Part shown: piece after piece, positions 10,914-19,631 of the stretch | Layout: every line of letters starts with the position of its first letter | Numbering within the stretch: position 1 is the stretch's first letter | Virus record (IMG/VR): IMGVR_UViG_3300031519_000043 | Span: 1-45,028 of that record | Strand: one strand, 5' to 3' | Source of the DNA: a virus | Lineage: Duplodnaviria; Caudoviricetes | DNA length: 45,028 nt | Translations under genes and position numbers: made by a program | Notes under the pieces: generated by a model | What the model was told of the DNA's origin: nothing | Databases searched by the model: none | The model's input: the letters and a program-made list of their open reading frames with translations, nothing else

Positions 10914-12251
10914 ATGAATATACTTGGAGTTTCGGAAGGATTTCATGACGCTGGCGTTTGCTTACTGAGGAATGACCGAATTCATTTTGCTTCACATAGT
11001 GAACGTCATAGCCGAAAGAAGGGCGACAAGTGGATACATCCCACACAATTGCCTACAACTAAAATCAATAAACCCGACATAGTTGCGTATTATGAGAAAC
11101 CTTTTCGTAAAAACTTGCGGCGACTCTATGCTGGGCAGAAGTGGCAGAAACCTCTTAGAAAATACGATACGTATTTTGGTCACCATGAGTGTCATGCTGC
11201 AGCTGGTTACTACACATCCCCATTTGATGAGTGCAATGTTCTAGTCATCGACGCAATCGGTGAGTGGGACACTATGTCTATATGGAAATGCAAAAATGAT
11301 AGTATGAAGAAAATTAGGTCATGGAAATACCCACACTCTCTTGGTCTTCTTTACTCAGCAATTACACACCGTATCGGATTGAAACCTAACGAGGATGAAT
11401 ATATTACGATGGGTATGGCTGCATTTGGTGAACCCATATATGATTTGCAAGACCATCTGTGGGAAAACAACCATAGGGGTGTTGGAAATATATTCCCTAA
11501 AGCACGTCCAGAAGACCTTGCAGCGTCCATACAAGACCTCTACGAGAGGGAACTACTTAAACTGGTAGAGTTATGTCCCCATGAAAACTTAGTTATCATG
11601 GGCGGGTGTGCGCTTAACTGTGTTGCGAACTCAAAGATTAAAGGTAAGAATATATGGATAATGCCTTCACCCGGCGATGCTGGTAGTGCGTTGGGTGCTG
11701 CAGCATTGGTGCGTAAGAAAAAACTAAAATGGAAATCTCCATATCTTGGAACTTTTATTGGTCGAGGTATTAACTCAAAAGAGGTGGTGGGAGAACTTTT
11801 GGAAAATAAGGTGTGTGGTATTGCAAATGGTCGAGCAGAGTTTGGACCACGGGCACTAGGTAATCGATCACTCCTTGGTGATCCACGATATGACATCAAG
11901 GACACTGTGAACGATATTAAAAAACGACAGAAGTTTCGTCCCTTTGCACCAGCCATTCTGGAAGAGTATGCAGACGAATACTTTGAAGGACCAATGAACG
12001 AGTACATGCAGTTTGTCGCAAAGGCTAAACACGATTATAGTTCTGTTACACATGTTGACGGTACGGCAAGAGTACAGGTGGTCAAGAAAGATTGCGGTTC
12101 TGTAATCCGTTCAATACTGGAGGAGTGGTATGATGAAACAGGTTGTCCAATGCTTCTGAACACATCCCTAAATATAAAGGGTATGCCGATAGTGGATACT
12201 TGGGACGATGCAATGGAGTTTTCAAAATTATATAATGTTCAAGTCTTCTAG
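10914..12251 (+). CDS. O-carbamoyltransferase, NodU/CmcH/TobZ family
   Basis: N-terminal ILGVSEGFHDAG, SERHSR, HHECHAA, VIDAIGE, GGCALNCVAN, PGDAG, EFGPRALGNRS, FRPFAP, HVDGTARVQ, LLNTSLN. Confidence 0.95.
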   Translation: MNILGVSEGFHDAGVCLLRNDRIHFASHSERHSRKKGDKWIHPTQLPTTKINKPDIVAYYEKPFRKNLRRLYAGQKWQKPLRKYDTYFGHHECHAAAGYYTSPFDECNVLVIDAIGEWDTMSIWKCKNDSMKKIRSWKYPHSLGLLYSAITHRIGLKPNEDEYITMGMAAFGEPIYDLQDHLWENNHRGVGNIFPKARPEDLAASIQDLYERELLKLVELCPHENLVIMGGCALNCVANSKIKGKNIWIMPSPGDAGSALGAAALVRKKKLKWKSPYLGTFIGRGINSKEVVGELLENKVCGIANGRAEFGPRALGNRSLLGDPRYDIKDTVNDIKKRQKFRPFAPAILEEYADEYFEGPMNEYMQFVAKAKHDYSSVTHVDGTARVQVVKKDCGSVIRSILEEWYDETGCPMLLNTSLNIKGMPIVDTWDDAMEFSKLYNVQVF

Positions 12252-13059
12252 AAAAAAATTAATCGCAATTGGATGTAGTTATACAGAGCATAATTTAAAT
12301 TCAGATATAAGTCCTGATATAGACCATGATTTTCCAAGGTGGCCACAACACCTTGCAGATATGCTTGATATGGAATGTGTTAACCTTGGCAAATGCGGCG
12401 CAGGGAATAAATATATATTATCTAAAATTGTGGATACAGTCTTAACAGAAAAAAATATTGGTCTTGTGGTGGTTATGTGGAGTCAATTTCAGAGATTAGA
12501 TTTTGAATATAGTTCAACTAGATGGATGCACATTAATCTAGATTATGATCGAACAAAAATTGATTGGAATTTTAAACCAAAAAATTTCAAAGAATTGCAC
12601 AATCAACATTCTGCCACTCAAGATGCGTTAAGAACTTTTATACTAGCAGAAAAATTACTCAAGGATATACCCCACTTATATATTCAAGGCCCACCTGCTG
12701 TTTCCTATTATAACACAGAAACATTAAAAACAATAGATTGTGGTGAGGGTACACCACATTTCGGTGGGATCGAAAACCCAAATGCTTTTTATATAGTAAA
12801 TGATAGTAAACGCAAGGCGGCTAAATCATTTCTTAATAGTTCATATTTTGATTATGTTGAAGAAAATTTATCTGATAAATTTATTGGGTGGCCTATTTTT
12901 TCCCAACTGGGCGGATATAATGTTGATAATATATTAGATAAAGTTGACCCAGAAAGAACCCAACTAAGAATTTCTGATGAAGATTGTCATCCCAACCGTG
13001 AAGGTCACAAGATTATAGCACAGGAGATATATAATGCGTATGAAAAAAATTATATATAG
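12235..13059 (+). CDS. SGNH/GDSL-like hydrolase or acyltransferase
   Basis: LIAIGCSYT (block I), NLGKCGAGN (block II), DEDCHPNREGH (block V); start at 12235 overlaps the upstream stop (track start 12208). Confidence 0.75.
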   Translation: MFKSSRKKLIAIGCSYTEHNLNSDISPDIDHDFPRWPQHLADMLDMECVNLGKCGAGNKYILSKIVDTVLTEKNIGLVVVMWSQFQRLDFEYSSTRWMHINLDYDRTKIDWNFKPKNFKELHNQHSATQDALRTFILAEKLLKDIPHLYIQGPPAVSYYNTETLKTIDCGEGTPHFGGIENPNAFYIVNDSKRKAAKSFLNSSYFDYVEENLSDKFIGWPIFSQLGGYNVDNILDKVDPERTQLRISDEDCHPNREGHKIIAQEIYNAYEKNYI

Positions 13060-13141
13060 GTTACGTCTTTTCCTTTCCACATTCAAGAAACGGCGGCACT
13101 ATGAACAAAAAAGCTTTATCTACGAGCAAGATGATGACTAA
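13034..13141 (+). CDS. 35-aa micro-ORF MRMKKIIYRLRLFLSTFKKRRHYEQKSFIYEQDDD (below the ORF-track cutoff)
   Basis: SD CAGGAG at 13021-13026; fills the gap between the SGNH and radical SAM genes, overlapping both. Confidence 0.65.
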   Translation: MRMKKIIYRLRLFLSTFKKRRHYEQKSFIYEQDDD

Positions 13142-14369
13142 AAAACTTGAAGAGTATGAGTGGTTCTGTCCACAACCTTTCATGAACATTGTCACAGATG
13201 TTTCTGGGAGGATAAAACCATGCTGTGTCATCAAAAAAGCGCCTGATTCAAAAAAAACAATCGAAGAATATTCTAAATCAGATATGCTTCGGCAGTTTCG
13301 TAAGGAGATATTAGATGGTGGTGGACCATTAGTTGAAACTAATTGTGAAGTTTGTATAGAACAGGAAAAACATTCACAAGAGAGCCATCGTAGAACTTAC
13401 AACAAATACTTAGAGTATAACAAACCAGAACTCAAGGAAGAACTGGAAGAGTATCTTGAAACAGATATGGATACTCTTTTTGTTCGTACTATGGAGTGGA
13501 TTGCACCATCCAACTTCTGTAATCTTCGTTGTCATATGTGTGATTCTAGTTGTTCATCTAGCATTGCTAGGGAGAACCAACACATAGGGCATTCTAATGC
13601 TAAATTTCTTGGTAATAAAACTATATACAAGAACGATGAGAACGCAGAAAGTTTCATACAAGAGTGTGATGATTTTGTAATCGACAATTTGGTAGAACTG
13701 AAACTAACTGGTGGTGAGACACTGGCAATCAAATATAATTATGACTTGATGAAACGTATTGTTGACCGTGGACTTGCAAAGAACATGGACCTCAGAATTA
13801 CCACTAACGGAACCCTCACTCCCAAGTTTGATGGTAAGGATATATTCGACTACATTCCAGAGTTCAAGGAGTGTCAGATAAACATTTCTATTGAGGGGTG
13901 GGGAGAACGTAATCAGTATCTTAGATATCCATCTAAGTGGGATGTGATATACAAGAATGCTGAGAGATATGCATCTCTTCCTAACACAAAAGTATTGTTT
14001 GTATCTACAATCAATGCATTGAACATAGGATATCTGTGGGAGATTACACACGGTTTACATGAACTCATGGATAAATATCCAGACAAGTTTTATCAGCTTT
14101 CAACTGGAAGTCTCGTTTGGGGGGCGGGTGAGAAGTATGTTATCACAACCATACCACCAGAGATACGAGAAGAATACATCAATTTATATTTTTCTAATTG
14201 GAAAAGTGAATATAATGATGATTTTAAAAAGATCGTTGACTATTTGGAAAATGTTCCTTATGATGAAGAGTTGATGCACACAATGATGAAAGATGTTAAA
14301 TCCAGAGACATATATAGAGGGACATGTTTACTTGACCTTGCTCCTGAATGGAAACCTTATTATGAATAA
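13131..14369 (+). CDS. Radical SAM enzyme with N-terminal Twitch/SPASM-like auxiliary cluster domain
   Basis: CNLRCHMC (CxxxCxxC), LTGGET, TTNGT, ISIEG...YLRYPSKW; N-terminal CPQPF..KPCC..CEVC. Confidence 0.9.
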   Translation: MMTKKLEEYEWFCPQPFMNIVTDVSGRIKPCCVIKKAPDSKKTIEEYSKSDMLRQFRKEILDGGGPLVETNCEVCIEQEKHSQESHRRTYNKYLEYNKPELKEELEEYLETDMDTLFVRTMEWIAPSNFCNLRCHMCDSSCSSSIARENQHIGHSNAKFLGNKTIYKNDENAESFIQECDDFVIDNLVELKLTGGETLAIKYNYDLMKRIVDRGLAKNMDLRITTNGTLTPKFDGKDIFDYIPEFKECQINISIEGWGERNQYLRYPSKWDVIYKNAERYASLPNTKVLFVSTINALNIGYLWEITHGLHELMDKYPDKFYQLSTGSLVWGAGEKYVITTIPPEIREEYINLYFSNWKSEYNDDFKKIVDYLENVPYDEELMHTMMKDVKSRDIYRGTCLLDLAPEWKPYYE

Positions 14370-15099
14370 TATATTATGTATGAAGTGGGGAGATAAGTAT
14401 GATGACTCCTATGTTGAGAAGTTAAAAGAACAGTGCGAGGCAAACTGTTCTGTTCCTTTCAACTTCTATTGCCTTACAGACAAACCCACTCAACCCTATG
14501 ATGTACTGTTGCCAACCTATTGGGACAAGTACTATTTAGAAGACCGTGATTTTTTCTGGGCCTATCGTAAATGTTATATGTTTGCCCTAAACGAAGACCC
14601 CCAAATATTACCAAGAATAAAGGGAGATAAGTTTTTATTCCTAGACCTTGATGTTATCATACACCAAGACCTAAAATACTTTTTTGAACTACCTATGGAT
14701 AAACCATATATTGTAAGAGGGTGGTGGAACGATACAATAACAGTCAAAAGTAATTTTGCTAAACATAAGTCAACCCCAATTAATTCTTCAGTGATTCGTT
14801 GGGATCGTGGCCAACTAGAAACTATTGTACAAAAAATTAACAAGAATGCTGAGGTTATTTTCTTTACATATCCTAGTATAGATAATTATTTTAACCATCA
14901 TTGGTATAACTGTTGGGATGAAGATAAGGGATTCTTTAAGGGATTTCCTAAAGGAGATATTTACTCATGGTATAAAGGAAACATTTTTCCAGAAGATATG
15001 GAAAAGAGAAAGATACGAGAAGATCATAAAATTTGCTTGTTCAATAATAGTGCAGAAACTAATGATGTTGAGGAGTTGAAATCGTTATGGAATATTTAA
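14362..15099 (+). CDS. GT-A-fold glycosyltransferase-like protein
   Basis: ILCMKWGDKY start, FYCLTD, FLDLDVII (DxD motif), NSSVIRW. Confidence 0.75.
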   Translation: MNNILCMKWGDKYDDSYVEKLKEQCEANCSVPFNFYCLTDKPTQPYDVLLPTYWDKYYLEDRDFFWAYRKCYMFALNEDPQILPRIKGDKFLFLDLDVIIHQDLKYFFELPMDKPYIVRGWWNDTITVKSNFAKHKSTPINSSVIRWDRGQLETIVQKINKNAEVIFFTYPSIDNYFNHHWYNCWDEDKGFFKGFPKGDIYSWYKGNIFPEDMEKRKIREDHKICLFNNSAETNDVEELKSLWNI

Positions 15100-15707
15100 A
15101 ATTTACTCCCAACTTAGCAAACGATTGGAAAAATGCATTATCAACTTCAGAACCATATGTGTTCAAACGGGTAATGGATTCTATGAACGAATCTCAATTG
15201 GAAAGTAAATTATGGCTAGTCCAAGAATTAGTTAAGTTAGATATCAAACCAAAAGGGGTTGCAATCCTTGCTGGGTGGTTTGCTCAATATATTGTTCCCC
15301 TCTTATATGATAACTTTGAATCTATAGAGTGGATAAAAAACTTTGAAATTGATCAAGATGTAAAGGAAATTAGTTATAAGTTTAATAAGAGATACAAAGA
15401 TTCTAATAAATATCAATGTTCTATTAAAGACATCATGATGAAATCTTTGGAAGAAGATTTTGACATAATTATAAATTGCGCTTGCGAACACATGTATCCT
15501 ATGACAAAATTCTATGAATGGAATCCAGAATTGCAAGACCCTCTTTATGTTTTACAATCTACAGATGATGATCAATATGACGATCATATTAATTGTGTAA
15601 AAGATGAATTTCATCTTGCAGAACAAGCTAATATTGTAGATATAAAATATAAAGGATCAAAAAAATTACCAAATGGTATGACACGGTTTATGGTGATTGG
15701 TAAATGA
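15087..15707 (+). CDS. Class I SAM-dependent methyltransferase-like protein
   Basis: ESKLWL, VAILAGWFAQ (motif I-like), FEID, IINCACEHM, LQS, C-terminal TRFMVIG. Confidence 0.7.
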   Translation: MEYLKFTPNLANDWKNALSTSEPYVFKRVMDSMNESQLESKLWLVQELVKLDIKPKGVAILAGWFAQYIVPLLYDNFESIEWIKNFEIDQDVKEISYKFNKRYKDSNKYQCSIKDIMMKSLEEDFDIIINCACEHMYPMTKFYEWNPELQDPLYVLQSTDDDQYDDHINCVKDEFHLAEQANIVDIKYKGSKKLPNGMTRFMVIGK

Positions 15708-16402
15708 AAAAAAATAAAATCGTAGATTGGTGTAGAGATAATGATGTCTGGTATCTCAAGATGGACATAGAGATACCAGAGGTTTGCATTCAAGAAGCAC
15801 AAGCAGTATATGATGAGGGGTTCTTTGTAGATCATAGATATGGTGATGGAGATGGTTGGTGTTCTGCGGCCATACACAGTTTTGTGGAGAAAGGTTCTGA
15901 CCCATCACTAGGGTGGTATCACACAAAAAATCCAAATGGTCATGGTCTTACCGAAGATAATGTTGAGTGGGGATGGACAGAGATTGCAGAGGTCGCACCT
16001 GAGACTAAAAGGTGGTTGGAAGATTTTCCACACAGAAATTATCGACGTTTGCGATTTATGTTATTGGAACCGAATGGAACAATTGAAACACACAACGATT
16101 CAAATGAGAAAAGAGACAAAGAAGGTAGAACAAGAAACATTGCTGGTGCAATAAATCTTGCTTTCTATCAACCAGAAAATTGTTATCTAAGACGCACAGA
16201 CACAAAGGAAGAGTTACCCTTTGAAAACTGTACAGGGTTTTGGTTTGACAATGGCGTAGATCACGAAGCATTAAACAGTTCAAACGAGAATAGGTTTCAC
16301 TTTATCATGCACGGAGGTTTCAATAAGGAACGTGAAGAACTTATGAAGAGGTCGTTGGTCAAACAGTTTGGTAAAGATGTATTGAGAGAGATCAATGAAT
16401 AG
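15704..16402 (+). CDS. Aspartyl/asparaginyl beta-hydroxylase-family 2OG-Fe(II) oxygenase
   Basis: RLRFMLLEPNGTIETHND (HxD), FWFDNGVDHEALNSSNENRFHFI (distal His and 2OG-binding Arg). Confidence 0.8.
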   Translation: MKKNKIVDWCRDNDVWYLKMDIEIPEVCIQEAQAVYDEGFFVDHRYGDGDGWCSAAIHSFVEKGSDPSLGWYHTKNPNGHGLTEDNVEWGWTEIAEVAPETKRWLEDFPHRNYRRLRFMLLEPNGTIETHNDSNEKRDKEGRTRNIAGAINLAFYQPENCYLRRTDTKEELPFENCTGFWFDNGVDHEALNSSNENRFHFIMHGGFNKEREELMKRSLVKQFGKDVLREINE

Positions 16403-17681
16403 CTTTGATGAATTTGTTACACTGTGGGTAGGTGAAACACACAATAAAAAAATATACAAGAGATTTAAAGATATGTTGTTTCTGGTAGTTTATCCAGATA
16501 AACTAAAGTGGGATTTTGGAATAGAGAAACAAACCCAAACTACTACATTTATGATTTCTGGTGGGGCAACTGGTTCGGGTACTGGACACGATGTTCATTT
16601 TTGTTATAGAAGTGAAGTTCATGATGTTCTTTTAAATTGTGATCATACCCATGCTATGATTGTATCAGTTGGTATGGTATTTGATATGGTATCTGGTGGT
16701 CCAGAGAAAAGACAAACACCGATAACAGACTTCTATGATTTTGTGGAGCGTGGTAAGTTTTGCAAAGCACACATAATGGCAAAACCAGACCGTAAAGCAT
16801 ATTTTCACCATCAACATATGAATTTAAATTTGACAATGTGGAAGGATATTGGAGCTCCAGATATGTCTGATAGATATGATGTTATTAAACGATCCCCCGA
16901 CAATTTCCATGATGACTATACCCCGCCATGGATTGAGATAGAAGGGATGCCTACTGTCACAAATTTTACGGATGCTGAAAGATCGAGAAAATCCTTTTCA
17001 TATTATAGAGATCATCAAACTGAATCTTGGAAAGACCTTGACAATGTAGATATAGAAGATTATTATTTTAGTAGATTTATGACGAGAATACGGAAACAAT
17101 TTTATATAGAGAATACAGAAAGAGTTGGAGAACTACCCACGGAAAAATTTGATATTATATTTTCTACTACGGCAGGTCAACGTGCTGCACTAATTGTAGA
17201 CAGATTGGAGTTTGACGGTGAGGTTGTGTTGTTTGATTATTGTCAAGAAAATTTGGATATAAAACAAATGATTGTAGAAATGAACATGTCTTTAAAGGAA
17301 ATTGGTTATTACAGTAAAAGACTTACTCACAATATGGTAATGCCTGATTCTATTTCATCTAAAAATGCAAAGCGAGATATGCCTGCATTTGAAGATTTGA
17401 GAAAATTAGAACAAAAAATGCACAATGATTATGACATTGAATACTGGTTGATGGACTTGATATCACCAAATTATGATAAACTCTTGAAAAAAATTCAAGG
17501 AAAAACTGTGTTTTTCGACGCAACTAACATTTTCTGTTATCACATGTCACACGCATATTATACTCTAGATGAGTTGGTAAATGCGTATAATAACTTACTG
17601 GATGTTTTAAAACACGCAGATGAAACTTACTTACGAGGATGGACTCCAACAAAACAGAGGTATGATAAATGGATATCGTAG
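16395..17681 (+). CDS. Uncharacterised 428-aa protein (possibly a transferase-like N-half plus a Rossmann-like C-half)
   Basis: Overlaps both neighbours; RSPDNFHDDYTPPW motif; IIFSTTAG..VVLFDY resembles a nucleotide-binding beta-alpha-beta. Confidence 0.55.
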   Translation: MNSFDEFVTLWVGETHNKKIYKRFKDMLFLVVYPDKLKWDFGIEKQTQTTTFMISGGATGSGTGHDVHFCYRSEVHDVLLNCDHTHAMIVSVGMVFDMVSGGPEKRQTPITDFYDFVERGKFCKAHIMAKPDRKAYFHHQHMNLNLTMWKDIGAPDMSDRYDVIKRSPDNFHDDYTPPWIEIEGMPTVTNFTDAERSRKSFSYYRDHQTESWKDLDNVDIEDYYFSRFMTRIRKQFYIENTERVGELPTEKFDIIFSTTAGQRAALIVDRLEFDGEVVLFDYCQENLDIKQMIVEMNMSLKEIGYYSKRLTHNMVMPDSISSKNAKRDMPAFEDLRKLEQKMHNDYDIEYWLMDLISPNYDKLLKKIQGKTVFFDATNIFCYHMSHAYYTLDELVNAYNNLLDVLKHADETYLRGWTPTKQRYDKWIS

Positions 17682-18388
17682 CAGTTCGTATCGGTGATAA
17701 ATATGGTCCAGAGTATGAGACATATTTAGAGAACAAGCTACCAGAACATAACTTTATTTGGGTTCGTGAACCATATCACCCATCTGTCACTTTGCAATGG
17801 AACAAGATGTGGGGTATGCAGATGGACACTGATGAACCTATCTGTGTGATGGACATTGATATTTTGCTTGTGGGTGAATATAAAAAGGTATTTGACTATC
17901 CAATAAAGCCGGGACAGTTTCTTGCAATGCCGGGGTGGTGGAGAAATGATTCCGACACTTATGAGATTAATGGTGGGTTCTTTAAATACTACCCAAAGGA
18001 ATGCAAATATATCTATGACAAGTTCATGGAAGACATTCATCATTGGCAACAATTCTATATTAAGAATGGACAGACTAGTGGGCCTGTTAATGGTGAACAA
18101 TACTTTGTAGAGGATAGCGTGAGGGAAAGACTAGAATTGATCACACTACCTAAAGAGTGGTTTACCAGATGGGTTGCTGATGATAAAGTAATTGATTTTA
18201 AAAATAACAGAACTTGGCAATACAAAATGACTGAGAGATATGAAAAGGTGACAGGAAACGATTGGATATATATGGGTGGGGAGTTTCATCCTGATATAAA
18301 GTTTGTGCATTTCACAAACCACAGAAACAAACCACATGAATGGGAAGATTATGAAAATTTTAGTAATATAAAAATAGGAAACATATAA
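17669..18388 (+). CDS. Second GT-A-fold glycosyltransferase-like protein
   Basis: IVAVRIGDKYG, WNK, VMDIDIL (DxD), INGGF, GEQ, FVHFT...KPHE; same family signature as 14362-15099. Confidence 0.75.
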   Translation: MDIVAVRIGDKYGPEYETYLENKLPEHNFIWVREPYHPSVTLQWNKMWGMQMDTDEPICVMDIDILLVGEYKKVFDYPIKPGQFLAMPGWWRNDSDTYEINGGFFKYYPKECKYIYDKFMEDIHHWQQFYIKNGQTSGPVNGEQYFVEDSVRERLELITLPKEWFTRWVADDKVIDFKNNRTWQYKMTERYEKVTGNDWIYMGGEFHPDIKFVHFTNHRNKPHEWEDYENFSNIKIGNI

Positions 18389-18391
18389 ATA
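18384..18391 (+). promoter_or_regulatory. T4-type late promoter TATAAATA
   Basis: Exact consensus upstream of SD GAGGAG and ORF 18412. Confidence 0.7.
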
Positions 18392-18411
18392 CTTTAAAGA
18401 GAGGAGATGAT

Positions 18412-18810
18412 ATGACAATAAAAGTAATTTTGAAAAACACTAGGATAGACTCCAGCGTAAATTGGTATAATTTTCGGGGAGATGGTGAGTATAGTCGAGA
18501 TGCTGCGAAAAGCGAAATTTCATCTATTGAAAATGACAGTAATCCTGAAATCTTGACAGCTGTATCGGTTCCTGATGATCTTACCCTAATTGTAACTCAT
18601 ACTTGGCCTGACTTGGATACTTATAATGATCAGATTGGTGATTACGATGCATCAAGTAATTCTGATTGGAAATCGTTCGCAGATGCTTGTGGAACATATG
18701 AAGCATCAAATAATATCACCTGCATACGATACATATATGATGCAGATAATAATTTGACTAGTACTCAGAAAAAAGTAAACAAGGTTTACTGGGAAGACTA
18801 TTCTGAATAA
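18412..18810 (+). CDS. Hypothetical protein (132 aa)
   Basis: Strong SD GAGGAG; own late promoter; no recognised motif. Confidence 0.6.
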   Translation: MTIKVILKNTRIDSSVNWYNFRGDGEYSRDAAKSEISSIENDSNPEILTAVSVPDDLTLIVTHTWPDLDTYNDQIGDYDASSNSDWKSFADACGTYEASNNITCIRYIYDADNNLTSTQKKVNKVYWEDYSE

Positions 18811-18813
18811 ATT

Positions 18814-19584
18814 ATGAAAATTTTTGCAGCAACTAGTTCATCTTCAGACAGTATATCTATGTTGTATAAACTTCTTACTGAAACTACGGATGATGTGATA
18901 TCAAGGATACTTTACTTAGACGCATCTGATCAGGACTTATTACAATATCCTATTGTCTGTAATTGGTTGAAAGAAAATGTTCGTGATTTTGATTTTGATT
19001 TTTCAGAGTTTGAAGATCGTGCTAGTGATACCATGTTAGAAACTATAAGATCAAAAAATTATAATGTTGCATTGTTGTCAGAGACGCACGATGTTGATTT
19101 GATATGTCTTGGTATAACTACATATAATTGGAGTCATTCTACTTGGTATTTTCAAACGACAGAACCGATTGAAAATTTTTATGCAAAAGGCAATCTATAT
19201 TCTAGAGTAGATCATTCCATTCTTAGAGATTACACAGATATCCCTATCGACTGGCCGTTGATGAATCGTAAAACTAAACCTATGGGTCGGTGGCAAACGT
19301 GGGAATCTTTACCACAGGAACTACAAAAATTAGTTTCTCAATGTCCTTGTGGAAAGTGTGCTAAATGTAAATGTCTGGATTGGTATAATAAAAAGAAAAA
19401 TGAAGGATTTAATGCAGAAGAGCTTGATGATCTTATTATGAAAGAAGGAAAATACGGAAAATATTACACAAAAGAGGGTATTACAGAAACCAGACATGAT
19501 GCTTATGCAGATCAGAAATTTCCAGTTTGGAGTCCGGCAACACCCAGTTATCAAGCATTACCAACTAAACCCCATAACAGATAA
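18814..19584 (+). CDS. QueC-like PP-loop (adenine nucleotide alpha-hydrolase) protein with a degenerate PP-loop
   Basis: N-terminal KIFAATSSSSDS where SGGxDS is expected; PLM...; C-terminal SQCPCGKCAKC Zn-binding motif. Confidence 0.55.
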   Translation: MKIFAATSSSSDSISMLYKLLTETTDDVISRILYLDASDQDLLQYPIVCNWLKENVRDFDFDFSEFEDRASDTMLETIRSKNYNVALLSETHDVDLICLGITTYNWSHSTWYFQTTEPIENFYAKGNLYSRVDHSILRDYTDIPIDWPLMNRKTKPMGRWQTWESLPQELQKLVSQCPCGKCAKCKCLDWYNKKKNEGFNAEELDDLIMKEGKYGKYYTKEGITETRHDAYADQKFPVWSPATPSYQALPTKPHNR

Positions 19585-19604
19585 TATCCCAAAGGATTAA
19601 CCCT

Positions 19605-19612
19605 TATAAATA
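19605..19612 (+). promoter_or_regulatory. T4-type late promoter TATAAATA for the neck operon
   Basis: Exact consensus ~20 nt before the gp13 start. Confidence 0.75.
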
Positions 19613-19631
19613 TATAAAAAAGGGGTGTTCT

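Noticed and set aside
18814-19584. 7-deazaguanine DNA modification pathway
   Set aside because: Only a degenerate QueC-like gene is present; no other pathway genes in the window
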